DNA of 64,000 nt, taken from the NCBI RefSeq assembly GCF_009914755.1, contig NC_060926.1; one strand, 5' to 3'. Each line of letters begins with the position of its first letter. The first letter of the stretch is position 1. The notes below the pieces were generated by a model. The model was not told the DNA's origin. It did no database searches and saw only the letters and a list, made by a program, of their open reading frames with translations. The stretch is from the human T2T-CHM13v2.0 reference genome, Homo sapiens. Both the position numbers and the translations under genes were made by a program. Shown piece by piece: positions 26,114 through 38,469 of this stretch.

Positions 26114-26651
26114 GTGAGCCTCTCCCCTGGGATCCCCAGCTGGTGTTTCTGGTTCGGCATGGGAAGGCTCTGGAGCCATTGGCCCCATACTGGTGGTTGA
26201 GAGGGACAACGTCCCTTCAGCATGACATGGCCATACCCAGCCCCTGCCTCCCCCACCACTCAGATAAGGGCTGGGCTGCTCACATTCCCACGGCTAGTTT
26301 CCCTACGGTGCCAGACCAGAAGGTCACGAGGGATGGAGTAACCCAGGCCCAGGGAGCAGGAGGTGGGGAGGAGGAGGGAGGGGGGAGGGAGCTGGGGAGT
26401 TAGGTGCAGGTGGTACTCCCCGTGGGGGCAGCCTCCCCTCTGTTTTGCAGCCAGACTTCAATCTATGGAAACCTCAATCCCACACACTAGTGGATGGGTC
26501 CTGAGGGCTCTGTCCTTGGTGAGGACAGATTGTCTTCTCCCTGGTTCTGTGTGCCCAAGGAGAGAGGGTGGAGGGCCCTGCTCTGCTTCCTCCCTGGCCC
26601 CACTGTGGCTTCCAGAACCTTGACCCTGGTGACATCCCTCTATCTGCCCAG

Positions 26652-26804
26652 GGCACTTTCCGAAAGGCCCCTGGGGCTGCCCGTGTGGAATACTGCCAGC
26701 CATGCCACCTGGGGGCATTCTGTGGCAAAGCTGGCCTGGCTGAGCCCCAGGGCCTGTGCCACCCTGGGCATCACTGCGGGCCTGGCTCCAACACCTCGTC
26801 CCTG
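26652..26804 (+). pseudogene. Exon (GTFRKAPGAARVEYCQPCHLGAFCGKAGLAEPQGLCHPGHHCGPGSNTSSL)
   Basis: Acceptor ctctatctgcccag; donor CTG|GTGAGT; 153 nt, phase 0-0. Confidence 0.9.
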
Positions 26805-27831
26805 GTGAGTGCAGGCCCTATCAGGCCTTCCCAGGGCGGGGGTCAGGGACACCACAGGGCAAAGGCCCAGCACCTGCCTGCCCCGTGAGGGGCAGAGTAG
26901 CCCTGAGAAGATAGAATGAAATCACTGCAGAGCGGGTAGAACTGCAGCCATTATACATGGCCCGTGAAAACATGTAACCAGTGAGGAAGGGCCCAAGAGG
27001 CTAGCATCCAGTACCCACTGCAAAAGGCACCAAATACAAATATGTCTTCAGCCAGGAAAAGGCTCAGTGGGCTGACATTAAGGGCACATGAAGCAATGCC
27101 ACTTCAGTACCCGACGCATCTACTAACTACTGATAGTAAAGCAAGTGCTGAAGGCCTCATAAGACGTCCGTGTGGGAGAGTCCATGCTCTCATGCTCTCC
27201 GCTGCAGCCTGGGCCCAGGGGCTGCTGCAGTCTTGCAATACCTAACGAGAGCCTAGGGCAGCTTGGAATTATTGGAATTGATCCAGTAATTCCAATGTGG
27301 GAAAGAATCTGAAATGGGAAAAAAGTCATTTGTGAAAAAACGTTCAAAGCAACAACAAAACACCATAAAGGCCCAATAATAAAAAAAAATCTAGACAGAG
27401 ATATAGCTTATCAACCTAGAGGGATACTAGGTAAGCATTAATAATTGTTGTAAGTACATCGTTTGATGCATAGATGATTGATAGATGATAGATAATTGAT
27501 TGATTATTTGAGAAATGATAAATATAGATTGATTAATTGATAGATGATAGTTGCACCTCATCACAATTAAAGCTGTGTGTTGGTGATATTAGCAGAGAGT
27601 TGGAATTGGTTAGGTTATTTAACAACTTAACAATCAAAATTTACTTTCTTTTTCTGAAGTTAAATTCCTGAGTGTTTCCCAGAGGGTTCCTGGCGGTGCA
27701 GAACAGGTGTGGCTGGGCTGAGCTGGGCAGGCTTCCCTAGAGAGGGGCTCAGGGAGGAAGAGGAGGGAAGCCAGTGGAGAGAACCCACTTGCTCTCAGCT
27801 TGTAAACCTCAACAGACCCCTCTTCCTCTAG

Positions 27832-28033
27832 AAGGGACTCCCCTTTGGTGACCTCTGTCCCCCGGGTCATTTCTGCCCTGCTGGCACCAAGGACCCCAGG
27901 CAGTGGCTCTGCCCGGCTGGCACCTGGAATGCAGAGAGAGGGGCACAGGACATAAGCTGGTGCCTGCCTCGCCCACCTGGGCTCTTCTGTGCCACCACAG
28001 GCCAGGCTGCCCCTGGGGGCCCGTATGCACCAC
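27832..28033 (+). pseudogene. Exon (KGLPFGDLCPPGHFCPAGTKDPRQWLCPAGTWNAERGAQDISWCLPRPPGLFCATTGQAAPGGPYAP)
   Basis: Acceptor cccctcttcctctag; donor AC|GTAAGG; absent from the ORF track. Confidence 0.9.
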
Positions 28034-28781
28034 GTAAGGACTCCTACATCCCTCTGAGCATGAAGCAGAGCACGGCTGGGACCTGCCACCCTGGGAGCCT
28101 CAGTGCCTGGGGGAGAGGCACGCTGGAGAGAGCCCAGGGCAGGTGTGCCTGGGCGGTGTGGCCAGGCTTGTGTGAATGAGGAGGAGGCAGGCTGGAGACT
28201 GGGCAGAGGCGGATACTGAACATGGTGGGGCGGGGTCTCAGACGGCAGCATCCAGCTGCTCCCAAGCTGCTCACATCCTCCCAGCTTGAGGCCCGGGTGT
28301 TGCGGGAGGCGAAGGGGATGGGGGAAGTGTCCTGGAGGGTGAGGGGAGGGTTCTTTCTGCTTGGCCCAGGGAGGCCTGCCACCTCTCCAGAGAGCACTGC
28401 CCATCTGTCCCTGGGACAACACTTGGACCAGCCTCTGAGAAATGGGCTGAAGGTTCCTCAAGAGCCTCTGGGCTTGGGGTCCCCATGCACAGCAGGCTAT
28501 CCATGGGTTTAGTGAGGGGCGAAGTTTGGGTCCAGACAGACGAGAGGCGGGCACCGTCCTCCACTATGCTGCTGCCCACACTGCCACCTTCACTCGGCCA
28601 TGTGGGAGACACAGATTTGAAGATGTGGATTTGAGAGGGTCCTACGTTATGAGCTTACTGGGGCACCTCCAGAGCCCGATCCCACCACAGCAGTCACGGG
28701 TACAGCCGGAGCCTCGTGCATGGGAAGGCGGGAGCCAGGCCTCTCCAGAGAGCAGGCCGGCCTGGTGCTTCCCTCCTCCAG

Positions 28782-28898
28782 GTTTCCACTGCCCAGGAGG
28801 GGCGCAGACCCCGACACCCCTTGGTGGGCTGTGGGGACACTTCGAGGGCTCCCTGGCGGCCACACCTCGGCAAGACGGGGAGCACAGCTACGGCACAG
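28782..28898 (+). pseudogene. Exon (FHCPGGAQTPTPLGGLWGHF-EGSLAATPRQDGEHSYGT), probable internal deletion
   Basis: Acceptor cttccctcctccag; donor CAG|GTACTC; the expected CPxGxxCP core is missing near 28843. Confidence 0.75.
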
Positions 28899-28984
28899 GT
28901 ACTCGGCCTGCTCAGAAAGCACAGTAGGACACCTACACACTGGACGGGCGAGGCCTTGGGATGACTGAGGTCACCTTTTTCCAG

Positions 28985-29131
28985 GCTGAGAGACCCACCA
29001 GGGGAGGACCTGCTCCCCAGGTCATTACTGCCCCCAGGGCACTAGCCACCTCCCTAGGCCCTGTCCTCCAGGCGTGTCCAGTCCCTGGGAGGACCGAAGC
29101 CAGGCCCACAGCTGCCCGCCATGTCCTGCAG
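28985..29131 (+). pseudogene. Exon (G*ETHQGRTCSPGHYCPQGTSHLPRPCPPGVSSPWEDRSQAHSCPPCPA)
   Basis: Acceptor cctttttccag; donor CAG|GTGAGG; in-frame TGA at 28987-28989. Confidence 0.87.
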
Positions 29132-30905
29132 GTGAGGAGGGGGGGCAAGGCTGTGCGGTGGGGCCCAAGGGACTCAGCTCCTGGAAAACCTCTTTTGCTG
29201 TCCCAGGGCCCAGAGGTCTGTGATGCGAGGTAGAGGGCAGGGCCTTTGGGCGGAGTCAGAACCCACTTCCTGACTGTGGGAAATCCCTTAACTCGGGAAT
29301 CCTGAGTTCTCCCCTCAGATGAGAGCTGAGATGAGCATTAAATAAGACTGAGCTCAGGAAGGGCAGTAAAGAAACACCTGTCCTGGAGGAGGCTGCAGAG
29401 CAGAATAAGCCTGAGGAGAGGCAGGGCTGGACGTGGACCCCACCGCCACGATGGCCCCTCCCGCAGGGCAGGCGAGCGGCAGGGACGGAGGGCATAACAG
29501 AGAAAGGTAGGATCCAGTCTCTGCAGGGTCTCTGACATGCAGGAAATGTCCCATCTCTGCTGGTGCCTGGCCAAGGCTTCCACGCTGCCCAAAAGATGAG
29601 AGCAGCATCAGGACAGCTTTCCTGGAGAAGTTAAGGGCTGAGCTAAAGAAGGAGGATCATAAAAAGGTCAATTGGAGGGTGCTGGGCTGGAGGAGCTTTA
29701 GGAGCAGGACTTCCCACATGTCCTTGCAGCCACAAGAGGCAGCCTGGAGCTGTGTTCCCCGAGGCCCTTGAGTGGCAGGCCCAGCCTTCAACCCTGGCAT
29801 AGTCCCAGCATGACCTTGGTGGCCCCCAGCCCACAGGCAGGGCTCTGAGGACTATGTTGTGGGATTAACATCCACCCAGCAAGCCAAGTGGCACTTTGGC
29901 TTCACAGGCAGTGGCTCCAGGACAGGGTCCAGGGACACCTCAGGGTGGAGAGGCTAATAAAACCACCCCTGGCCTGAACCCCAGCCCCACCCTCCCTCTC
30001 CCTGAGACAGCTCATGAGGTGAGGTGACTTCTCCCCCTACCGAGTCACCTGAGGGCTGGTGGTTGTGGAGATAACTTTCATGCATGCTGTGAGGCCACCA
30101 GTGCTTTCACCTGAGCTCCTCCACCTTCTTTTTGCACCTTTGGCCACCTGTGTGGGGAGGGTGAGGCGTCGTCTTCCACGGGTGTCCCCACCCTCCCATA
30201 TAAGACATGTCTTCACACAAAGCCGTTGGCTTTAGGGACAGTCACACATTACTGTTTCTTTTCTCTTCCCATAGAAATATAAGGGCCCCTTCTCCTTAGA
30301 GTACTTGTCAGTGTAATTTTTATTAAATTAGGTCCATCTCATTCAGAAAGGGTTTGAGCAAACCATAAGTGATGACATAATGAATATGTAAATGAAAACA
30401 AGCTTAGCTGGAGTGGAAGCAGGTTTCTAGAACACTCATCTGGAGGCTCCCTGAGTGGGGTCTGGAGCCCCAACTCTTCAGTGCCTTGCAGTGCCCTCCA
30501 CACCAAGAGTGGGGCTGAAGGCACCACACCCACCTTTCCACAGGATGGGCAAGTCCTGGAACCCCCATGCTTTCTCCCCAGCTTTGGGCTCCTAAGCAGG
30601 GTCTGGCACAGATAGCCAAGAATTAATTCAGAAGGGGCCGCATCTCAGGGCCCACTGCCGTCCCTGGGCTTGAGAGCCACCCTGGCAGTGGAGGGCACTG
30701 TCACTCCAGCTCGCGAGCTCTGCTCCCTTATTCTGGGAAATGTCCCACTGCAGGGGTGTGTGAGCTGGGGGTGGTCGAGAGCCTGACTGGGGGCCAGGGA
30801 GGGCTGCTCTGCAATCTCAGCCACTTCTGATTCTCTGGGCAAGAGCTGAGGTCACTCATCCCAATAAAGGCATCCATGTGACTGCGGGAGGGCCCTGCCC
30901 TCTAG

Positions 30906-30969
30906 GTCACTTCTGTCCAGTGGGCACAGGGGTGGCCCTGCCCTGCCCTATGGGCACCTTCTCAGGTTA
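30906..30969 (+). pseudogene. Exon (GHFCPVGTGVALPCPMGTFSG)
   Basis: Acceptor ccctgccctctag. Donor TA|GTGAGT joins the next exon as TAA; the alternative CAG|GTTAGT after 30965 is out of phase. Confidence 0.82.
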
Positions 30970-31739
30970 GTGAGTATGAGTGCCACTGCCCTGGTCCCAG
31001 GGGCTGAGCCCAGACCTCCTCTCGGTCCTCCTTTCCACTTAACAGCTGACCAACAACATCCCCCAGCCATGGGAGAGTGTGAGGCTTGGAGAGCCGGACT
31101 TCCACCTGGGCTGCGAGGGCAGAAAGCCTTGGGGAGTGTCGGTTGGAGGGGCCAGATCGAGGGCAGGCCATGCGGGCTTTGAGGGGCTTGAGAACACGTC
31201 ATACTCAAGAAAGCAAAGCCATTAAGAATTTGTGTCTGCCGATATCTCTTTTGAGACCAGACCCATCTCCTCATCTTTAGGACCCTCCCAGCTCCCAAGA
31301 GAAGACAGCCCAAAGCAAGGGCCAGTCGTGGAGCTGATGGCTCAGGGGAGGGCGGGGGGTAGTGTGGGGCACTGTTAGATGTTCTGATTGTAGCTGCCAG
31401 ATCACAGAGGTCTGTGGCCCTGGACGGCCTGAGCTTGAATTGGGATTAAGACAGAGAAGAATTATAACCAGGTGCATATCTCAGAGGGGAAAGAGAGACA
31501 GAGAGAAGAGCCCTGCCACACTTTCCCTCAGGCACCTGCCGGAAATGCTACCTGGAGCCAGTGTAGGCAGGAGTCACAGGGAGCCTGAGAGAGGAGAGAT
31601 GAAAAGGAAATCGCGGAAAGGTGGTCCCTGCCAGGGTGCGCCTGGGTCCACCCTTTCAGAGAGGCCTGGTCCCACAGCCCCTTCCTCCCGCCTGCTCCCC
31701 TCCCTGGCTCATCTCCTGGGTTTCTTTCTGTCTCCCCAG

Positions 31740-31879
31740 AATGTTTCTCTCCATGGTCTCTGAGGGCCTGTCCTGTCCCCCTGGCCATTTCTGTGGTGCC
31801 TCTGGCCTGGCTGCGCCCTCTGGCCCCTGCTCCCCCGGCTACTTCTGTCTGGCAGGAGCCTCCTCCCCAACCCCGACAG
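31740..31879 (+). pseudogene. Exon (MFLSMVSEGLSCPPGHFCGASGLAAPSGPCSPGYFCLAGASSPTPT)
   Basis: Acceptor tttctttctgtctccccag; donor CAG|GTGTGG; phases 2 to 1. Confidence 0.9.
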
Positions 31880-33125
31880 GTGTGGAGCCCCCTGGGAGCG
31901 GGTGAGCCCTGTACCACCCAACGCCCTGAGGTGGGGGCTCTCATGGTTTGGCACCGATGGGCTGTGGGTGGTTTGAGGATGGAGGGGACGTATGTAAGAG
32001 GGGCTGGAGTCAGATGGCTGAGGCGTGCTGTGGTCTGGCTGCCCTGCCCATTTACGGTCACACCTGCGGCCTCCCAGCCCACCTCTGTCTCACTCAGACC
32101 TGCTGAATCCACCACAGGTTTGCCGGGAGGTGGACAGAGAGGACGGGTGTTGGGGGGAGGGGGTTGCAGTCAGTGGACACCGAATGGTGCCCCATGGGCC
32201 ACCCAGAAGCTGAGCTGATCGTGGGCATTGGCTTTCTTGGGTAGGTGGGGGCCACAGCCAAGACTCCCAGAGCAGACCCTCTACACATCCCCCTCGAGGT
32301 GCAGGTCAGGAGAGGGGGCAGAGCATTAGGCCCTGGAGGTCAGCGTCCAGGATGTCTGCTTCCTCTAGAGGCTGCTGACCATCTTCCAGAGGACGCCCCC
32401 TTTGCAGCCATCTCCAGTGGTCAGGGGGCAGCCTGGAGTCTCTGGGTCCTCAGGAACATGTGAAGGCAGATAGGGCAGCTGATCCTTGGCCAGGATCCTT
32501 GAATCCCTCTGCTCTGACACTTCCATTATTCAGAGAACATTGGAGGAGCGAGTTCAGCTCTCAGATGGAAGGTTGAGTTCTGGGGCATCATGGATGAGGA
32601 CTGGAGAGCCAGAGCCAAGCCCCCGTTCAGGCTGCTGAACCTGGACAAAAGACCAAAACAGAAGCAGCTGGCCTGGCTTAGTACAACTCAGTGGGAAAGC
32701 CCTGGTCTGTCAGCCTGTTTTACTGAAAAGTGCACAATCATGGTGTGTCCTAGAAAGAGCACTGGGAGGGATGTCTGGAAAACCAGCTCTGAGCCAAGGC
32801 AGAGTCCAGGGAGATCCTGGCTCGCCCGCTAACGTCTTAGGACTTCATCCTCAGTAAAAACCAATCATTGCTCTTGTCCACCTACCAAACAGGGATTTTT
32901 CTGAGGCCCGAATAATGTGACGTTTGTGTAAAACACATGCTTTTTGATCTGTAAGGTGTGGTACAAATGCCAGTCACAAGCACGGCTCCTCTCAAAAACA
33001 AACCTCTGACCTAAACTGGAGTCCACATTTGGTTCTGGTGCCGGGGCACAAGCCTCCCCCAGCTCTGGCACTCTCTGCTGGGACTGGGGTGTGCACTCCT
33101 CACTTAGCTTCCTTCCTCCCCTCAG

Positions 33126-33328
33126 GCCACTCAGGGCAGGGGGGCCCCTGTCCCCGAGGCCACTTCTGCCCCAGGGGAACCAGCCTCCCACAGCCCTGCC
33201 CTGCCGGCTCCTACAGCTACCTGACTGGCCAGGCCTCCTGCTTCCCTTGCCCCACTGGCTACTACTGCCCCGAGAACGTCACCAACTACAGCAGGCACCC
33301 CTGTCCCGCTGGCTTCTACTGCCCCGAG
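33126..33328 (+). pseudogene. Exon (GHSGQGGPCPRGHFCPRGTSLPQPCPAGSYSYLTGQASCFPCPTGYYCPENVTNYSRHPCPAGFYCP)
   Basis: Acceptor cttccttcctcccctcag; donor GAG|GTGAGC. It ends in phase 0 but the next exon needs phase 1, implying a 1-bp loss. Confidence 0.92.
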
Positions 33329-33974
33329 GTGAGCGCCTAGGCCACAACTTCCCGGGGCGAGGCTGGGCAGAGTTGTACAGCCGCTCTAGGCTCAGCTGGG
33401 GACTTGGGGGCTCACAGCAATGCAAACTCTGTGGCAACAGACACATGCATATGTGTGTCCTCTGCTTCCGGGCTTTCCCACCACCCGTCCTGAAGGCCAG
33501 GGATATGAGGGCACTCCAAGGATGAGCTCTAAGCAGCTGGTGACAAGTATGAGTTCCATCCAAGTCTCCAGCTGTGTTTTAAAATGCCCGAAGGTTTTAC
33601 ATTGTATTCCATAGCATATCCGTGTTGGCTAAAAAACAAATATGTGAAATTACTTTAGCAAAACGTAGAAAGTTTGGGTCCCGTGCCTTTCAGTGAAGTT
33701 GAGCACCAGGAAGGGGAGTAGTGCACATGCTGTGGCTTTGTGGAGCCTGGGTCTAGGGCCACCCAGCCCAGGGGCTGAACTCTCCGGCCTGGAAGGCCAG
33801 GAGTGAGTGAGTTGTGGGGTTGAGGCGGGGAGTCTGCCAAGGACCAGCCCTGCAGGAGGAGGGGTACAGGGAGCAGCTGGCCACATTGAGCCTCCCCTGC
33901 CCCAGGCCCTGGAGCAGAGGGCGCCTTCAGGAACCAGCAAGCTGGGCTCCCCTCCTCTGAACTTTGCTTCTCAG

Positions 33975-34124
33975 GCACGAAGTACGCCACCCAGTTCCCC
34001 TGCCCTCGGAGCTACTACGACCCAGACCCACTGACCCAGAGCCTGGACAGCTGCCTGCCCTGTCCCCCAGGCCACTGCTGCGGGTAGGAGAACCTGACCC
34101 GGGCCTCTGGGCCTTGTGCGGCAG
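33975..34124 (+). pseudogene. Exon (GTKYATQFPCPRSYYDPDPLTQSLDSCLPCPPGHCCG*ENLTRASGPCAA)
   Basis: Acceptor ctttgcttctcag; donor CAG|GTGAGT; in-frame TAG at 34085-34087. Confidence 0.92.
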
Positions 34125-34317
34125 GTGAGTCTCCTGCCTTGCCCTAAGAAGCCCCCTGTCCATCTCTGCACTTCCCATTTCTGCCCCTGGACCTGGGGTC
34201 ATCCAGACTATCTCCTGGAGCAGCTACTGGGAGGGATGGGTGGGCCTGCAGCCTGGTAAGCCTGGCCTTGGACTCCTTGGCCCACCACCCACCCCTCCCC
34301 ACTGGTTTCTACCCCAG

Positions 34318-34497
34318 GATGGTTCTGTGTGTCTGTGGCATGGACCGCCCGCCCCTTCAACCTGGACAACTACACCAGCACCAATTGCCTGTGCCCAGCC
34401 ACAGCCACAGGGGAAAAGTGCCCTGCTGGCTCCTACTGTCCAGAGGGCAGCCCAGAGCCCATGCCCTGCCCACCAGGCTCTTTCTGTGGCACCTCTG
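34318..34497 (+). pseudogene. Exon (GWFCVSVAWTARPFNLDNYTSTNCLCPATATGEKCPAGSYCPEGSPEPMPCPPGSFCGTS)
   Basis: Acceptor tttctaccccag; donor TG|GTAAGG; 180 nt, phase 1-1, intact. Confidence 0.92.
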
Positions 34498-35052
34498 GTA
34501 AGGACCTATCATGCTGTGGCCTAGGCTGTGGCTGGTGGGAGAACCAATGTGAGGGTGAACATGTAACCGCCATCTTTCCCTTTCCAATGAGAAGCACTGC
34601 CTGCCTACCTCAGGGGGCTGTGCCTGGCATGCTTCCTGGCAGGACTGTGCTTCATAAACTGTCACTGTTGCTGTCACTCTGGGTGAACGCAGGCCAGCCA
34701 CCACAGAACAGCAAGGTAGGGAGGAGTGGCCAGGCCAGCAGGTCTCTATGCCCAGGGAGGGGCTCAGTGGCACCTCCCTGATCCCTCTCTGTACTCCCCA
34801 TGTCTGATTGCCTGCACTTCCCAAGCACCTGCTGTGGACAACCCTGCTGGGCACCGAGCACCCAGGCATGCACCAGGCTCCTTCTGCCTTGGGAGGCTCT
34901 CAGCTCTACAGCCCCTGAGGTCAAGACCTTAGGCTGCGTTGGCTAAACTTGTACTCTAATGTCAGCTCTGCACCTTACTGATGATGACCTGAGGCTCTTT
35001 GTGAATGAGAGTAGTACCCATGTCACAGGGTTGGGCAGGAGCAGATGGCACA

Positions 35053-35690
35053 CTTAGCTCAGGCTCAGCACAGGCTCAGCCCAGGATCAGTACAGGCTCC
35101 ACAAAGGTGCAGCACAGACTCAGCCCAAACTCAGTCTCAGGTCTCAGCACAGGGCTTAGCACAGACTCAGCTCAGCCTCAGCCTCAGGGCTCAGCACAAC
35201 TCAGCCTACGCTCAGCACAACTCAGCCTCAGGGCTCAGCACAACTCAGCCTCAGGGCTCAGCACAACTCAGCCTACGCTCAGCACAACTCAGCCTCAGGG
35301 CTCAGCACAACTCAGCCTACGCTCAGCACAACTCAGCCTATGCTCAGCACAGCCTCAGCCTCAGGGCTCAGCACAACTCAGCCTCAGGGCTCAGCACAGC
35401 CTCAGCCTCAGGGCTCAGCACAACTCAGCCTCAGGGCTCAGCACAACTCAGCCTACGCTCAGCACAGGCCCAGCACAGGGCTTAGCACAGACTCAGCAGA
35501 GGCTCAGCCCAGGCTCAGGACACAACCAGCACAGGATCAGCACACGCTCAATGCAAGCTCAGGACAAGGACTCAGACCAGGCTCAGCATATACTCAGCAC
35601 AGACTCGGCACAGGCTCAGCACAGGGCTCAGCAAAGACTCAGCACAGACTCAGCAGAGGCTCAACACAGGCTCAATGCAGGCCCAGCAAA
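35053..35690 (+). repeat. Intronic CTCAG-based minisatellite with a homogeneous core at ~35165-35470
   Basis: Units ctcagcacaactcagcctcaggg (23 nt) and ctcagcacaactcagcctacg (21 nt), with degenerate flanks. Confidence 0.95.
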
Positions 35691-35851
35691 GGCATGACCA
35701 CTAGTATAACTCTCAGTTCTAGCTGAGTACTCTAGTCACACCCCGAGTCCTCCGAGGACTGATGCCCACAGGGATCCCAGTTGGCTCCAAAGGCCAACGT
35801 CTTTTATAGTGAGTCTACTCAGCATTTAACCCAGTTCCCCTCCACCTCCAG

Positions 35852-35974
35852 GCCTCTCCACCCCCAGCGGGCCCTGCCAGCCTGGCTACTTCTGTGCAGA
35901 AGGTGCATCATCCCCTTCTCCAAAGGACAGGGTGACAGGGGCTCCCTGCCCCCTGGGATCCTTCTGCCGTGACT
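35852..35974 (+). pseudogene. Exon (GLSTPSGPCQPGYFCAEGASSPSPKDRVTGAPCPLGSFCRD)
   Basis: Acceptor cccctccacctccag; followed by T|GTATCCTT, or a weak C|GTGACT after 35968. Confidence 0.88.
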
Positions 35975-36292
35975 GTATCCTTGGGCTCCGCTCTCAGCCC
36001 AACTCGCCCTCCTGTCCCAGGACTGCAGACAGATCTGATTCCTCCGGCTTGCACCTGTGCCCCTGAGCAGGTGGGAGGAAGCCAGAGGAGAGGTGCCCCG
36101 CTAGAGTCAGGCCTGAGGCAAGAAGGCTTGCAGAGGGTTGTGGTTGTGGTTAAAGTACATTTTGGGCATTTGCTGTGGCTTGAGTTGTTTGGTGGGGATG
36201 GCTGAGGGATCACCCCAGCCAAGGACCTGTGAGATTGGAACCTTCCAGCCCCACATCTGGGGAGAAAAGTGAGGGCAGCCCTTGCTCTGCAG

Positions 36293-36463
36293 GCACCCCG
36301 GCCACCCAGGCCTGCCCCTCTGGCCACTACTGCCCTGGAGGAAGTGAGACCCACTCGGGAGCTCCCCAGGCCTGCCCTGAGCATACCTACCTGGCAACAG
36401 ATGGAGGCCATAGTCAGGCGGAGTGCCTCCCCTGCCCTGCTGTGTACCACTGCCCATGGCCAG
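36293..36463 (+). pseudogene. Exon (TPATQACPSGHYCPGGSETHSGAPQACPEHTYLATDGGHSQAECLPCPAVYHCPWP)
   Basis: Acceptor cccttgctctgcag (5' end somewhat uncertain); donor CAG|GTAAGA. Confidence 0.88.
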
Positions 36464-36570
36464 GTAAGAGCCTGTCTGCAGGCTGGATGTGGGGGCCTTG
36501 GGGAGGAGAGGGAAGAGGCTGTCAGGAGCCCCTCAGGCAACCCTTCTTAGCCTGATGCTTTTGCCCCCAG

Positions 36571-36795
36571 GTCTCTCTTCCTTTGAAGACCACCCATGTC
36601 CTCCGGGCCACTGGTGTCTAGGTGACCAGGGTGCCTTTTTCTGCCCACCTGGCACCTTTAGGTCAGAGCCAGGGGCATCAGCACAGGAAGACTGTGAGCT
36701 CTGCCCTCCTGGCTACCACTGCCCAGACCCTGAGCTTCAGGGTCATGCAAATGTGTTTGCCATCCCCTGCCCAGCTGGATCTGAGTGCCCAGCAG
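36571..36795 (+). pseudogene. Exon (GLSSFEDHPCPPGHWCLGDQGAFFCPPGTFRSEPG...CELCPPGYHCPDP...IPCPAGSECPA)
   Basis: Acceptor cttttgcccccag; donor CAG|GTGAGG; 225 nt, intact. Confidence 0.92.
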
Positions 36796-37577
36796 GTGAG
36801 GCTGCAGGATGACCCCAGCCCCTTCCCATCCCTTCCCTCATCCCTGAGGCTCATGCCTGAGCTCTGCAGAAAGCCCTGATTGAGCTCAGGCCACAGATGT
36901 GGCACAGCCACACCTGACCAGCCCCCACAAGGCACACCCAGTCTCTGGTGGCATCCACACCACCTGGATGTCCCCAGACCAAGGTGCCTTCAAGTCACCT
37001 CTTCCTCCCCATCTGGGTCAAGGAGGAGGCCGGCCAGAGGTTTAACTAGAAATAGCATGCCCCCTACAAAGTGTCCAGTACCTGCCACACCTCAAGGCAC
37101 AACCAAAAGCACCCTCCTGTTGGCTGCCCTCAGGTGAGCTGTGGCCTCAGTGCCACTGCCCTGTGCGTCCTCATCAGAGCTCCCACCTCCACCTCATGAA
37201 ATGCATCCTCCTTCCCCACCGCGGCGGCTGGCTGCACAAAGACACGGGAACTTCCTGCCATTGATCTCGGTTCATGACACCACCACCCGCACGAGTCACC
37301 CTCCCTGACCACACGAGATCTCCCTTCACCTGCAAGCTCCGCACTCCTTCCTGGTTTCCACACTGTTCCCCACCACCTCAGAGGCCTCACCCTACTGCTG
37401 TCCTCCCTGCCCAGGCCTCACCTGGGGAGCCTGGGGACCCTCCTGAGTTCTCCTCCGGCTCTGGACCTCTCCTGGCTTCCAAGTGCCATTGATGGGTGAA
37501 GAAGGGACTTGGGGTGTCCTCCAAACCATGCCCACATTGTGGCCTGTTCTCCCGCATCCCTGGCCCTGTCTCTTCAG

Positions 37578-37705
37578 GTGCTGTGGCTGAGGTCCCTTGT
37601 AGGCCCGGCTCCTACTGTGGGCCTCAGACGGGGCTGCCCCCACTCTGCCCCGGGGGGCTATGCCTGCCCTGTCAGCTCCTCCACCTACAGTGGCCTGGGG
37701 CAGCG
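37578..37705 (+). pseudogene. Exon (GAVAEVPCRPGSYCGPQTGLPPLCPGG/fs/YACPVSSSTYSGLGQR)
   Basis: Acceptor ccctgtctcttcag; donor CG|GTGAGT; +1 frameshift at the G6 run (37652-37657). Confidence 0.9.
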
Positions 37706-37968
37706 GTGAGTTCCTTCCCCCTACCCCCCCAAGGGTCTGAGCCCCAACCCCAGCCCTGGAACTGCTGTCAGCACCCTATGTGAGGCCCCACCATGACAAG
37801 CATGTGTGCCTCAGAAATCCAGCCAAAGGGCAGGGCCCAAAAGCAAGCCCTGGTGACCCTCTGCCTGGGCTTCCCAGCTAGGGCCAGCCCCTGCCTCTGC
37901 CCCAGGGAAGGTGGGGTGAGGAAGCACATTGCCCTGGGATGCCCCATCAGAGTGCAGGCTCATCCTGG

Positions 37969-38160
37969 TGGGGCAGCCAGATGGAGCTCACAAAAATACA
38001 GCACGCCTAGTTACATTTGAATTGCCGGTAAAGGACAATGCATTTTTACTGTAAGTATGGCCCATGCAATATTGGGGGTGCACTTCTACTAAAATCATTC
38101 TCATTGTTTATTTGAAATTTGAATAGGACTGGGCATGGAGTATTTCATCTGGTAAGCCCC
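37969..38160. mobile_element. MER53-like palindromic hAT MITE
   Basis: Imperfect palindrome gccagat...aaaatacag...gtaagtatggcccatgcaatattggg...gtatttcatctggtaagccc. Confidence 0.7.
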
Positions 38161-38469
38161 ATCCCGTGTCTGGGACTAACACCCTGACATCAGATCCACT
38201 CCACAACACCCCTCTGCCCAGGGTGGAATGGGCAGGCAGTGCCGGCCTGGTTAACTGGGCATGGCTCATCCACCACCAGAAAGGCAGCTTGGTGCCGTGG
38301 CCCCACCAGACACAAGGCAACCCCAGGACCCCTGACTGGGACAGTAGCAGAGTCCCCGTCCGCTAGCAGCTGAGGCCCCAGGCCAGGGAAAGTCGGCCCC
38401 CGCTAGCGAGAGAACCCACCGCACACACAGGTTCCGGCAGCATGAACCAGCCGGGCTCTGTCTCTGCAG

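Noticed and set aside
27634-28554. 306-aa minus-strand ORF and many other 100-260 aa ORFs in 11-40 kb
   Set aside because: Chance ORFs in GC-rich DNA, often antisense to the real + strand exons, with no recognisable domains.
35005-35726. Three overlapping repetitive ORFs (SAQLSLRAQHN...)
   Set aside because: Products of a stop-free minisatellite; the flanking exons splice in phase around it.
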